The notes under the pieces are model-generated. The model saw only the letters and a list, made by a program, of their open reading frames with translations. It made no database searches and was not told where the DNA came from. DNA of 63,319 nucleotides, the filler included, from Octopus bimaculoides (Eukaryota): NCBI RefSeq assembly GCF_001194135.2. It is 8 parts of 7 records of this genome, joined end to end, with 100 filler letters (N's around TTAATTAATTAA, not from the genome) between each part and the next. Parts side by side here need not be neighbours in the genome. Positions count along the whole stretch, not along the records: positions 1 to 10,686 come from NC_068998.1; positions 10,787 to 16,740 come from NC_068984.1; 6 more parts are not named here. One strand, given 5' to 3'. Of this stretch, positions 1-12,985 are shown piece after piece (positions within the stretch are counted from its first letter, which is position 1; each line of letters opens with the position of its first letter). A program made the translations under genes and the position numbers.

Positions 1-255
1 ATATATATATATATATATATAAAGCCATCCGATCACAGATGTATTTATACTGTAAATTCATGACTCTGAAATGAAGATGGTCAGAAGTCACATTTCCAAG
101 ATATTGAAATCAGATTGCAAACGGCTGTAATTAAATATCACGGACATTTTGGCCATCGGTCTACCGATTCTGTTGGTCCAGCACATACCAGATTGAATCG
201 GGTGTAGTACATTAAAAATTTGTACTGGTTTTGTGAATTTCAAACTAACGTGAAT

Positions 256-333
256 TCAGATCTTACAGCAGATGAAATTTAATACTTTTAGAGACTTGAT
301 CCTGTGTTCTGTTCTACGCCCCTCTATTATTAC
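256..333 (-). CDS. Candidate terminal exon (VIIEGRRTEHRIKSLKVLNFICCKI*)
   Basis: Minus strand: acceptor cgtttatttctattcag|GTA; only the phase-0 frame is open, for 25 codons to TGA. No recognisable homology. Confidence 0.2.
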   Translation of the reverse strand, partial: VIIEGRRTEHRIKSLKVLNFICCKI

Positions 334-919
334 CTGAATAGAAATAAACGATTTTAATAATCTTTCTTATGTTTCCAATCTTAGAATATTTACTGCATGA
401 GTAGATATAAAATCTTTGTGATAGAGAAATAGGTTTAGAAAGGAATTATTGCCAAACGTTGTTTCTTTAATTCCGAGAGAGAAAGAAAGATAATTGATTT
501 TTCCCCCGGTATGAAACGGTTGCGAAATTAGTTTAGATGATGGGAAAGTAGCATTGAAAGTGAAAACGAGGAAAGAATTCACATAAATATTTAATCGAAG
601 TATTAGGATTAAATTGTGTCTTCAAATGGAAACATGTTAAAGCGTACTCGAACGGCAGGTGTCAATATAACATACACAGACTTAACGATATACAATACTT
701 TATGTTTCCAGTCAATATCGATCCGGCATAGGTAGTTTAGAGATATCAACACAATACTACACATACATACGTACATACACACATACACACTCATACATGC
801 ACACACTCATACATACATATATACATACATACATACATGCATACAAAGACACACGTACGAACACACTCATACATACATGCACACACACAACACACTCACA
901 CATATAGGCACAAGCGTAG

Positions 920-1060
920 GTGTCTGGTAACAGATGAGATTCACAACCGAATGGCTTCAGATTCCCTGTGCTTTAAGCTTGTCAAGCGGTGGTGGTTTGC
1001 CTATGTCCCCCTAACCTAACGGTTGAGCAAAAGAAGCCTATAGGATAACTACCAGGCATA
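920..1060 (+). mobile_element. Degenerate tRNA-derived SINE fragment
   Basis: Resembles the SINE at 55338-55560 (gtcccc-taac-cta-acggttgagcaaaaga...ataggataa-taccaggc). Confidence 0.5.
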
Positions 1061-1104
1061 TATATATAAAATGTAACCACATGTGGATCGTTGGCGATTT
1101 TTTC

Positions 1105-1270
1105 CCCCTCCGTCTTCCTTTTCTCTTCGACTTACCTCTGTCTCTTGTTTCTGAGGATGAGCTTTGACTCGAAACGTAAAACCACCTTTCTTTCTTTCCC
1201 TGAGCGTCGGCTAATACTTTACATGTACCAAGTCCTCACGCTTTTGTTTTTCGTGCTTGTTCTTCATTTT
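1105..1270 (+). mobile_element. Penelope-like element terminal (pLTR-type) fragment
   Basis: Contains CTGAGGA-T-GAG..CTC-GAAAC followed by ctttct..ccctgagcgtc..taatac; shares sequence with 2590-2700. PLE termini are known to carry this motif. Confidence 0.55.
1147..1182 (+). ncRNA. Minimal type-I hammerhead ribozyme motif (PLE-associated)
   Basis: GTTT-CTGAGGA-T-GAG-ctttga-CTC-GAA-ACGT-A-AAAC: stem I GTTT/AAAC, core CUGANGA, stem II GAG/CTC, GAAA, palindromic stem III ACGT, cleavage triplet GUA. Confidence 0.6.
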
Positions 1271-1274
1271 TTTA

Positions 1275-1309
<35 letters not shown>

Positions 1310-1989
1310 NNNNNNNNNNNNNNNNNNNNNNNNNNNNNNNNNNNNNNNNNNNNNNNNNNNNNNNNNNNNNNNNNNNNNNNNNNNNNNNNNNNNNNNNNNN
1401 NNNNNNNNNNNNNNNNNNNNNNNNNNNNNNNNNNNNNNNNNNNNNNNNNNNNNNNNNNNNNNNNNNNNNNNNNNNNNNNNNNNNNNNNNNNNNNNNNNNN
1501 NNNNNNNNNNNNNNNNNNNNNNNNNNNNNNNNNNNNNNNNNNNNNNNNNNNNNNNNNNNNNNNNNNNNNNNNNNNNNNNNNNNNNNNNNNNNNNNNNNNN
1601 NNNNNNNNNNNNNNNNNNNNNNNNNNNNNNNNNNNNNNNNNNNNNNNNNNNNNNNNNNNNNNNNNNNNNNNNNNNNNNNNNNNNNNNNNNNNNNNNNNNN
1701 NNNNNNNNNNNNNNNNNNNNNNNNNNNNNNNNNNNNNNNNNNNNNNNNNNNNNNNNNNNNNNNNNNNNNNNNNNNNNNNNNNNNNNNNNNNNNNNNNNNN
1801 NNNNNNNNNNNAGCACAGATTAACAAACACATCGATTGGGCTACATTTATAGCTTTTTTTAAATACAAAGTATGACATACTCTATGAGGTAACAAATCTT
1901 ATGGCCGCTTCCGATCCGTTGCCAACTGCTGTCTATAATTAATAGCGAAAATAAAATTCTTCATCTTCATAGGACATTCGAATTAAGGC

Positions 1990-2150
1990 ACTGAGATTCG
2001 TTCTGAGTTGAAATTCTGCGTAGATGGACTTTACCTTTTAGCCTTTCGGGGGTCGATAAATTAAGTAACAGCTGAGTACTGGTGTAGATGTAATCGACAA
2101 TCCCCTTCCCCAAATATGAGGCCTTGTGCCTATAATAAAAAACGAATAAT
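1990..2150 (+). mobile_element. tRNA-derived SINE (Meta-domain-like family)
   Basis: ttctgagttgaaattc...cctttcgggggtcgataaattaagta...ggccttgtgccta; same family as 23089-23307 and 49563-49771. Confidence 0.75.
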
Positions 2151-2508
2151 TGTTCAAATCAAGGATAAACTGGCACGAGTAGAACATGCGTTACCAAAGT
2201 GCTGTGGCGCGGAATAGCATTCAAACGCAGATGGGTCGCGAGGAAACTCCCTAACCATACACAGAGGCCACTATGCTTATTTATGACATCTTTATCGCTG
2301 GAGTTAGTGAAGAATACAGAAGGCGCTGGAGAAGGAATTTAATCCGATTATCTAGTGTTAAGACACCGATAGCAGAAATATTTATAAGAACCACTGAGAG
2401 TGGAAGTCATATAATCATTCAACTTCTCTTCTCGTATCTCGTTGGAACTCTTGGCTTTATCACTATATTATAATTCCCGACTTTAATATCAATGCACTCA
2501 AATAAATA

Positions 2509-2552
<44 letters not shown>

Positions 2553-2589
2553 NNNNNNNNNNNNNNNNNNNNNNNNNNNNNNNNNNNNN

Positions 2590-2700
2590 GAAGAGCGTAG
2601 CCTCGAAATATCAAAGATTTTCCTTTCTTCCCGAGCGTCAAAGTAACAGACTTATTGTTTCCTCACCTGTCATCATCTGTTTTCTGTAAATTTGAACCAC
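2590..2700 (+). mobile_element. Second Penelope-like terminal fragment with gap-truncated hammerhead motif
   Basis: GA-A-GAG-cgtagc-CTC-GAAATATC then cttcccgagcgtcaaa; the CTGA part would fall in the N gap. Confidence 0.5.
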
Positions 2701-4849
2701 ACACACGCACCCCCCCCCACATTTTTATTAATATTTAGCAGAAACAATAGATTGACTCAAGGACCTAGAGTTTCGTGCGTTGGTATTTACAGACTGAAGG
2801 TCTGCGTGTTTATAAAGATTTTGATAAATAAATAAATATATTTCCCTATGGAATGTTCTAGAGCTCATTATAATGTCACGTGGATAATTCATGTGCTCTT
2901 CGTCATATATATATGTAAGTGCGAATTTTGAGGTGTTAGTTTTCTTTTGATATATATATGTCTGTGTATGTATGTATGCGTGTGTGATATCACACACTAT
3001 GTATTCATATATATTAATACATACATACACACACAGACAAACACACACAGACAAACACACAGATTGTGTTCCTAGCTGTCATCAAGTAGGAACACAGTTG
3101 ACAACTCACAATGGAATTAACTCTTGATGGTTGCAGAATGCATGCTTCTTATTACAAATAACTACCTCACAACTCCTATATCTTGAACCCCACCCCACCG
3201 CTATTTTCCTCTCTAAACTTATTCTGCCACAAATATGACATAAAGGAACAATGTAACTATTTTCGTTTCTGGTGTTGATATTTATTTTATTTTTTTTATG
3301 CGCCCTTTTAAAACCTAGCCAGGCTCATGGTCCCGGTTTCCCGGTTTCTATGGCGTATGTGTCCCCCCCCCCNNNNNNNNNNNNNNNNNNNNNNNNNNNN
3401 NNNNNNNNNNNNNNNNNNNNNNNNNNNNNNNNNNNNNNNNNNNNNNNNNNNNNNNNNNNNNNNNNNNNNNNNNNNNNNNNNNNNNNNNNNNNNNNNNNNN
3501 NNNNNNNNNNNNNNNNNNNNNNNNNNNNNNNNNNNNNNNNNNNNNNNNNNNNNNNNNNNNNNNNNNNNNNNNNNNNNNNNNNNNNNNNNNNNNNNNNNNN
3601 NNNNNNNNNNNNNNNNNNNNNNNNNNNNNNNNNNNNNNNNNNNNNNNNNNNNNNNNNNNNNNNNNNNNNNNNNNNNNNNNNNNNNNNNNNNNNNNNNNNN
3701 NNNNNNNNNNNNNNNNNNNNNNNNNNNNNNNNNNNNNNNNNNNNNNNNNNNNNNNNNNNNNNNNNNNNNNNNNNNNNNNNNNNNNNNNNNNNNNNNNNNN
3801 NNNNNNNNNNNNNNNNNNNNNNNNNNNNNNNNNNNNNNNNNNNNNNNNNNNNNNNNNNNNNNNNNNNNNNNNNNNNNNNNNNNNNNNNNNNNNNNNNNNN
3901 NNNNNNNNNNNNNNNNNNNNNNNNNNNNNNNNNNNNNNNNNNNNNNNNNNNNNNNNNNNNNNNNNNNNNNNNNNNNNNNNNNNNNNNNNNNNNNNNNNNN
4001 NNNNNNNNNNNNNNNNNNNNNNNNNNNNNNNNNNNNNNNNNNNNNNNNNNNNNNNNNNNNNNNNNNNNNNNNNNNNNNNNNNNNNNNNNNNNNNNNNNNN
4101 NNNNNNNNNNNNNNNNNNNNNNNNNNNNNNNNNNNNNNNNNNNNNNNNNNNNNNNNNNNNNNNNNNNNNNNNNNNNNNNNNNNNNNNNNNNNNNNNNNNN
4201 NNNNNNNNNNNNNNNNNNNNNNNNNNNNNNNNNNNNNNNNNNNNNNNNNNNATATATATATATATATACACACATACTTATTGACTATATGTTTTATTCC
4301 CTCCTGCTTCTCTATTTTACTTTTTTCTTTGATGAATGACCGAAATCTGAAACGTTATGGCTCTCACTTCTATTATTTCTATCCAAGCGTTAAAGTAATA
4401 TAATACGGCTTCTGTCAAACATTGTTGAACCCATTTATTTTATGTTTATTTTTTAAAAGCTATTTTTATGTATAAATGTTTGCGCTCGCGCGCAAGCGTA
4501 TTTGTGTACACGCACGCATATTTATGTGAGTCTGTAATTGTACTTGCGTGTGTATTGTTTTGTAGGAATTCTGTGCATGAGGAATTATTGCATTAATCTG
4601 TAAAGGACCTTAGCACTTTGAGATTCAATCATTGTATATAGGCTTAAATGTAGAAATAAGGTTTGTGTAAAGTCCTTATTTTTTTCGTCATATACAAAGA
4701 AATTCTACATGCCGAATGTAATTAAGTTAAGTGCTTATAGAAAGCAATCTAATATAATAAATAAAACATTTTTGCGTATGTACATCTCACATACACATCT
4801 ACAGTCATATACACTCATATTTGCGTACATCCATCCATACATAAATATT

Positions 4850-4911
<62 letters not shown>

Positions 4912-6399
4912 AGCACTCAATGGATATATTCACAATTCCTATATAATAAACATGCAAACACATGTATGCATACAGTCATACATAGGTACGCATAAGAATG
5001 TATTAAATCATATATATGCACATATACACAAGCGTTCATGTGAATATAGGTATACATATAAACTGTAATAGGATTATTCAGTGTCCAAGATTTTGGAGTG
5101 TCAATATATTCAGGATATTCTGGAGCAATCACAGATCGATCACAAATAAGATGAAATCGGAATCTTTTCTATCGACTCTTATTATAGTCTTTCTTTCATG
5201 TTAGTAGTTTTGCCGACATAGATGGTAAAGTTTTGCTTGAATCTTACTTCGAGCTGTAGTTTCGACTTATTTATACTTTTTGCGAATTTCTAATTTTTCT
5301 TATGTTGTTTATTGTTATGGAATTCGCTTCGATTATTTTCCTTTTTTATAAAGGGAAGAATCTTCTGGTTTCTTCACACTTTTGTTTGTTGTGCATCTTT
5401 CTTCTTAACGAACATGGTTTTCTGAAATAATTGCCTAGCAATGTGAGTAGCTGAAATATTTCAAATTCCAGTTGCTCTTTCTCCACTTCACGTAACCACG
5501 CAAGAGATCTTTTCTAACCTTCTTCTAAGATTGCTATAAATCTTTATTGAGTTTAATAGTTAACTGCAATTTCACTGGTAATCCTTTGACCTTCGAGAAC
5601 TCACCCCATTCTGTTGTTTTGCCTAAGAATATTTAGCTGTAATTCACATGAAACTTTTATCATAACATTTGCTGCTTGATTATTGCTACGATACTCCCTA
5701 AACAGATTTTCTTCTAACTAATCATCGCCTCCATCCTAGTCCTATTTATTTTGTCAGAGTTATAAAACTAGATATGAATTTATTAATAAGCACATCAACA
5801 ATGACGCTGACAGGACAATGTAACAGAAAGGGATTAAAGTAGAGACAAGGTTTGTCTAAACAATTTCTGGTTGTAGCCATGTATCACTTAGCAGACAGCC
5901 AGGAGAGTAAAGTTAGAATTACATATGTACTCAACATCGAAAATGGTATGAGGAGGGTGTGTGAAAAATTGCTGTATAGTTACATCTTTCTATGTGAAGC
6001 ACAGTTAGATGGATTAATCGATGTAAACGGAATCATAGAAGAAAGAATTATGGTTCAACTAGGAGATTAAACAGTAACAACGAAAAACACGCTGTATACT
6101 TGTCCCAGCAATTATTACAAACACACAGAATCCTAAATGCATGCACAAGTTTACGCGGATATGCACAGAAGGGTCGTCTCTGACAAAATATTTACGTTGT
6201 AGATGTAACTATTAACAGGCAATAATTCTGGAGCTACGGATGTCATAACAGTTTCGTATACATCAGCAACACAATGAATTCTGCAATAATCACCACCACC
6301 ACCACCACCACCACTGGAGTCGATAAGTATCAACAAAGCCCCATCCTCTCAAAATTACTAGCCACCTGCTTAAATTAGAAAGTAAAATTATTGCTTATC

Positions 6400-6605
6400 A
6401 ATTTTGGCACAAGGCCAGCAATTTAAGAGGGGAGGGGAAACGACGATTATATCGAGTTTAGTGCTCAATTGGTACTCATTTCATCGACTCCGAAAGGATG
6501 AATCGCAATGTCGACTTCGTTAGAATTTAAACTGAAAACGTAAAACGGAGCGAAATGCCGCTAAGTGTTTTCTCCGGCGTGCTAGCAATGGTTCTGCCTT
6601 ATCGC
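6400..6605 (-). mobile_element. SINE (Meta-domain-like family)
   Basis: Reverse complement of tRNA-like head, gtcgac/tcatcctttcggagtcgatgaaatgagtacca centre and ggccttgtgcc tail. Confidence 0.8.
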
Positions 6606-6631
6606 AGTCTTAGAAACAGATATTAGTTACA

Positions 6632-6840
6632 GATTTTGGCAGAAGGCCAGCGATTACAACGGAAGGAGGCAAGACGATTACATCGCCCAACCCCATTGTT
6701 CAACTGGTACTTATTTTATAACCCCCGAAGGGATGAAATGTAAAGTCGACCTCAGCAGAATTTGAACGCGGAACGTAAAGATTAACGAAATGCCGCTCCG
6801 TGTTTTGCCCGGCATGCTAACTATTCTGCTAGCTAGCTCG
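6632..6840 (-). mobile_element. SINE (Meta-domain-like family), tandem partner of 6400-6605
   Basis: Same motif order: gaaggccagc...aactggtacttattttataacccccgaagggatgaa...gtcgacctcagcagaatttgaac...ttctgctagc. Confidence 0.8.
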
Positions 6841-7212
6841 AAGACCTAGAAAGGGATATTACTAAAAGGGAGGACCATTGTTCACAAGCACGAGCAAAAC
6901 GTCTATCATTGGATTTTTAATACGGTCCCTTACGTTCAGAGTTCAATTACAGCTGAGGTCAACTTGCATTGCGTAGTTCCGCGAACCGAACAGTTAAATA
7001 AAGTAGAAGTACTTAGCGGGCGATGACAGCGTTAAGTACACTGATGAAATTAATGGCCCATCCCTAAATACCTCCCAATAAAAGTTGCTAATGAGAGAAA
7101 TAAAACAAGACAGATTTATTGCTTGTATTTACCTGACGCACGAGAATGTGAAAGCATCTATTTGTTCGTTAAAGATCTGCAATTCTCTCTTCACACACTC
7201 ACACACACACAC

Positions 7213-7266
<54 letters not shown>

Positions 7267-7706
7267 NNNNNNNNNNNNNNNNNNNNNNNNNNNNNNNNNN
7301 NNNNNNNNNNNNNNNNNNNNNNNNNNNNNNNNNNNNNNNNNNNNNNNNNNNNNNNNNNNNNNNNNNNNNNNNNNNNNNNNNNNNNNNNNNNNNNNNNNNN
7401 NNNNNNNNNNNNNNNNNNNNNNNNNNNNNNNNNNNNNNNNNNNNNNNNNNNNNNNNNNNNNNNNNNNNNNNNNNNNNNNNNNNNNNNNNNNNNNNNNNNN
7501 NNNNNNNNNNNNNNNNNNNNNNNNNNNNNNNNNNNNNNNNNNNNNNNNNNNNNNNNNNNNNNNNNNNNNNNNNNNNNNNNNNNNNNNNNNNNNNNNNNNN
7601 NNNNNNNNNNNNNNNNNNNNNNNNNNNNNNNNNNNNNNNNNNNNNNNNNNNNNNNNNNNNNNNNNNNNNNNNNNNNNNNNNNNNNNNNNNNNNNNNNNNN
7701 NNNNNN

Positions 7707-7758
<52 letters not shown>

Positions 7759-8569
7759 GTACATACACATATATAAACAAACCTATTCATTGGAATACAT
7801 AAATTCTATATCTATCATGTGTCTATGTAACATGATGTCATGATGTCAACGATGAACAGATCTAACTTCCGGCTATCATTGATACGAGACTTTAATAGCC
7901 TGAGTCTGTTTCCTGTCACATGACGTTACGTCTATGGGTCACTGTTCGTAAATTGGTTGGATTGCGTGATCTTCGGATAAAGTTACATGACAAAATTCTA
8001 CAGGAAGTTCCAAAAAAAGAATTACATTGCATATAACATATATTTCATTTTTAAATAGCAGTAAATAGCTTATACGAATACTGCATCTTTGGATGTTTTA
8101 AGTCAATTCGCTACAAGGTTTTTCCATAGCCCCATAATCACCTATAGTCCTTATAGAATACAAAATTATATATAATACATATATATCTACGTAGGTACGT
8201 ATGTATGTCATTAATTAGTTTATTTCAAGATTTCTAGCCAATAGGGAAAGAACCGGTTTCTAACCTAGATCCAAAGCTCCGTCATTGGAATTTCAACATC
8301 AACAACAGGGTATGTATGTATGTATGTATGTATGTATGTATGTATGCATGTATGTATGTATGTATGTATGTAGGGATGGATGGATGAGTATATGTACGTA
8401 CGTGTGTATTCATTTTTGGATCACTCTCTTTGCCTCTCTCTATCTCTGTCTATTATTCTCTCTCACTCTCAATATATATATATATATATATGCGAAGCGT
8501 GTGTGGCTGTGTATAAGTGTTCATCTGTGTGTGTGAGTGCAACGTTTCTGGCCTATGTGCATACGTTTT

Positions 8570-8590
8570 CATCTATCTATCTATCTATCC

Positions 8591-8652
<62 letters not shown>
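8570..8652. repeat. (TCTA)n microsatellite
   Basis: Direct inspection. Confidence 0.95.
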
Positions 8653-8653
<1 letters not shown>

Positions 8654-8951
8654 ACACACGACATATATATGGCCCGTATGTACGTTTATATAGATAGATA
8701 TACCTGTGTGCACACGTACTCGCATATACGCACGGGAGTAGATGGGTGGTAAAAAGTTTTGCTTCCCAGCCAATGGCCCCGCGTTCAGTTCCAATGCACA
8801 ACACCATGGGCACGAGTCATATGCAACTCGTGTAATCGCAGATCAACACACACTCCCCCCACAAACATATATATACACATATATAGTTCAAATATACATA
8901 AAACAAGACGAAGACAGGAGTAGAAACAAAAATAATATATATGTGCATATG

Positions 8952-9096
<145 letters not shown>

Positions 9097-10329
9097 GTAT
9101 CTATGAATATATTTATGTATGTATTGCCAGCAATACACATAAAATAAGATAGAATTGTCTGAGCGTTCGTCGGGCTCGAATAGTAAATTCTGACCCGGTC
9201 ATACAAGCTTCTCTATAATTAAGAGTAATTGTGTGTAGTCATGTCTGCGTTCATGTGGATGTATGCATGTGTTAGCTGTACATATGTGTGTATGTATGTA
9301 TGAGCAGTTTTTAATTTAGTCTTGATTTATTCACCGGAGAGGAGCTGTCAGTATTTCTGGTAAACAGACCTTTCTTAACATCAAACTTGAAAGAGTAAAG
9401 ATGCCGTGATTAGTTTGAATTCAATGTTCATGCGTGTGTTTGAATGTATGTGCATATGGCTATATATATATATANNNNNNNNNNNNNNNNNNNNNNNNNN
9501 NNNNNNNNNNNNNNNNNNNNNNNNNNNNNNNNNNNNNNNNNNNNNNNNNNNNNNNNNNNNNNNNNNNNNNNNNNNNNNNNNNNNNNNNNNNNNNNNNNNN
9601 NNNNNNNNNNNNNNNNNNNNNNNNNNNNNNNNNNNNNNNNNNNNNNNNNNNNNNNNNNNNNNNNNNNNNNNNNNNNNNNNNNNNNNNNNNNNNNNNNNNN
9701 NNNNNNNNNNNNNNNNNNNNNNNNNNNNNNNNNNNNNNNNNNNNNNNNNNNNNNNNNNNNNNNNNNNNNNNNNNNNNNNNNNNNNNNNNNNNNNNNNNNN
9801 NNNNNNNNNNNNNNNNNNNNNNNNNNNNNNNNNNNNNNNNNNNNNNNNNNNNNNNNNNNNNNNNNNNNNNNNNNNNNNNNATATATATATATATATATAT
9901 ATAGTATATATATATAAATGTATGTATACATGTATATACATATGTCTGAATACGTACATATATCATCTTCGTTGCTATCATTTTATCTATCTATCTATTT
10001 ATCTGTGCATACATACATATAAAAGAATAAATGCATACATGCATGTACATATGTACATGAATGTCCTTTCTCTCCCTCTCTCTCTGTATATATATATAGC
10101 CACATCCCTTGAACATATGTACGTTTATAGAAGTAATATATGTCTGTATATGTGTGTGCATGTTTGTACGTGTCTGTGTTTGGATGTAGTCATTAAGAAT
10201 CTTGCTTTTCATTACCGTTTGCTGTCAGAAACACGAAGTAACGTACAACTTGAAATCTATCATCGGGAATATCAAGGGGCAGGTACTCCAAAAAAGAAAT
10301 GAAATCTCACCTCCAGCTTTCACTTCTTG

Positions 10330-10686
10330 TTTCCTCCTGTTGCGCTACCTTTTCCTTCTCCTCCTCCTCCTCTTTTATTCTCCCCAATATCATCATCATC
10401 ATTAATCGAATTCTCTTGTTTGTGATCCTTTACGTCATCGTCATCATTACCGTCACCATCGCCGTGGTCGGCCTCCTCCTCGTTGTGCTCGTCGCCTCCA
10501 AGGTTTTGGCCGTAATCCTGAATAGCAGAATTAACGAACTATTAATGCTTTAGACAGAGAGGAAATAGAAGTCAATCGTAACACCACCACCACCACCGCC
10601 TCTGCCGCCGCCACCACCACCACCACCACCACAGCGAACTCCAGTGTAACCACCACCAACACCAAAACAAATAACACCACCACAAT
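10330..10686. repeat. Cryptic trinucleotide low-complexity tract (CTC/ATC/GTC/ACC)
   Basis: Direct inspection. Confidence 0.8.
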
Positions 10687-10786
10687 NNNNNNNNNNNNNN
10701 NNNNNNNNNNNNNNNNNNNNNNNNNNNNNNTTAATTAATTAANNNNNNNNNNNNNNNNNNNNNNNNNNNNNNNNNNNNNNNNNNNN
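10687..10786. other. Artificial scaffold spacer (44N-TTAATTAATTAA-44N)
   Basis: Exactly 100 bp; identical to six other spacers; TTAA repeats give stops in all six frames. Confidence 0.95.
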
Positions 10787-10818
10787 TGAAGTGAAAGCAC
10801 GTTATAAAAATAAAACTA

Positions 10819-10820
<2 letters not shown>

Positions 10821-10907
<87 letters not shown>
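10821..10907. repeat. (TAA)n microsatellite
   Basis: Direct inspection. Confidence 0.95.
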
Positions 10908-10909
<2 letters not shown>

Positions 10910-11503
10910 TCAGTAATTAAAAATAGAAAATGTTGACTTGATACTTTTCAAGGCCAGGATCACTGCTCTAATTCATCGCTAGTAGTAGTAAGCACATTTG
11001 ACCTCTGCTGACCCTAAGGGTATGAGGCTGCTTTTGTCTCCTTATCGCTCAAGGATGACCATTTCTTATCTCTTCACCATCTACCGAGTCTATTTACAGA
11101 CCTGTCGAATTGAATGTATCCAGCAAGCTCTCTATCTTATTCCTACTATTCCCTTAAACACACATATTTATGATCATATCATGTACAAGACAAAGTTGAA
11201 ACTAAACAACAATCAATAATATCTTTTAATAATAACTGGAAATAATGATAATGATTGTCATAATGGTAATGGTGGTAAAAATTATAATAATAATAATAAT
11301 AATTTAGCAAAAACTCATGTCGGATGAGAGGAAATATTAACAATGACAAATAGTAGTAAAAAAAATGAAAATAATATCAGTTTTGATAACAATTATGAAA
11401 GGAAGCGGCTGGAATTTCCTTATGCTCTGATTGATGATACATCTTGTGATGATATCTCAATAAGAACACTGGCAATTGCGCAACCTGATAATCGCTACCT
11501 CAT

Positions 11504-12290
11504 ATGAGTGACAATGAAAAAAAAATGGTGAATAATGGTGGTAATGAAACTGAAGCCCTTGATGGTGACAGTGATACACCCGACAGGCTCAGAGATACTG
11601 GTCCGACTTCAGCCAGTCGTTATCCAGCAAGGAACCAGTACAAACGACGTAGGTGGAACAAACAAATCAATGCTGTGTTCATGTAGTGTTACTACCTGAT
11701 CAAACCGGTAGACGTAAATGGTGTTCATCTTAGAGGATACCAACACCGTATGTATAATCAATGGAGAGAAAGAGGATTGCTTCAACTTACAGAATAGAGA
11801 TTATATGATAAAGCTAGAGCAATAAGAATATATCATTGGTTCACAGAAATAGAGCTCAAATCTATCAAAAGACGGGTATTGGAAAACAGCAGCAGAAGAA
11901 ACGATGAACATATAGTTCCTACTGATAAAAGTAATCTCAGCGGAAAGCAAAGGTGAAATCTCTAATAGACAACAGGAAAGGAACAGTGATAGCTTGCTCG
12001 ATGAGAGACATATAGATGGTTTGGAAGAATACAATAAAACTAATGGTGGCATGACAAACTGGCAAAAGGCAATCTACGACAGAATAAAAGCAAAGCAACA
12101 GGAGAGTGGTAGCGAAATCATGTGCAAACTTAGAAAGGTTGATCGGTGAAAATTGAACCAAGAAACGAAAAATGTGAATGAAATTCTGAAATACATCAGA
12201 ACAAAAATCATCACAGGAACAAATAATTTGATGAAGGCAGCAAGTATTGTTGTAGCAGAAAATGTGGGTATTGATGTAAAAATAAATAGA

Positions 12291-12325
<35 letters not shown>

Positions 12326-12985
12326 GGAATATAATGGGATTGGCAAAAGAAAAGACCATGGCGGACAAGAAGAATGCAGGTGGGGTTAGATATGCTCTCG
12401 ACGGACATTTCTAGGTTATACCGTAAAGAAAAGGAGGAGCTTAAAGCAAACAAAAATACAAGGCACTGAACAGGAAGTATAATATTGAAAGAAAGGGCCT
12501 GAAAGTGATAATGGAGGAACTGAAATAATGCCTCGTTGCAAAGAAAGCAAAGATGGTAAGATACGACCAAAGAATGAAGAGTTACCACCAGAATAGGTTA
12601 TTCACAGTAGATCAGAAGAGATTCTATAAAGAAATAAATGGAGAGTGTACAGATGAAAAGTTAATACCAGATAACACTGACAATCAAAGTTTATGGAGTG
12701 ACATTTAGAGCAAAGACCAGGAGCAAAAGAAGGATGCTGAATGGTTGCAATACACACAGATAGAGAAATTAAGGCCAATAGGCCAGATTTAGTTGTCAGA
12801 GATCATGAAGAAAAAAAATGCTTTCTAATTGATGTATCTATACCAGCATATGACAACGTTTCTCTAAAAGAAATGGAGAAACTTTGAAAATGCAAAGACC
12901 TGGAAATAGAGGTAACTCGAATGTGGAATCTAAAAAAACAACCAGAAACAAATCCTATCATAATGGGTGCATTAAGTATGATATA
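11504..12985 (+). mobile_element. R4/Dong-clade (REL-endonuclease) non-LTR retrotransposon remnant lacking the RT domain
   Basis: Disrupted frames give KRRRWNKQINAVFM*CYYLIKP, GYQHRMYNQWRERGLLQLTE*RL, LVAKKAKMVRYDQRMKSYHQNRLFTVDQKRFY, then IHTDREIKANRPDLVVRDHEEKKCFLIDVSIP...KDLEIEVTRMWNL...PIIMGAL (PD-x-D REL motif). Confidence 0.85.

Noticed and set aside
3272-3372. Signal-peptide-like MLIFILFFLCALLKPSQAHGPG
   Set aside because: Non-ATG start; the 3' part (ttcccggtttctatggcgtat) matches the SINE at ~21450; truncated by a gap.
5130-5480. Possible second R4/Dong N-terminal remnant on the minus strand
   Set aside because: Only vague resemblance to the QNRLF..DQKRFY region; too decayed to support.
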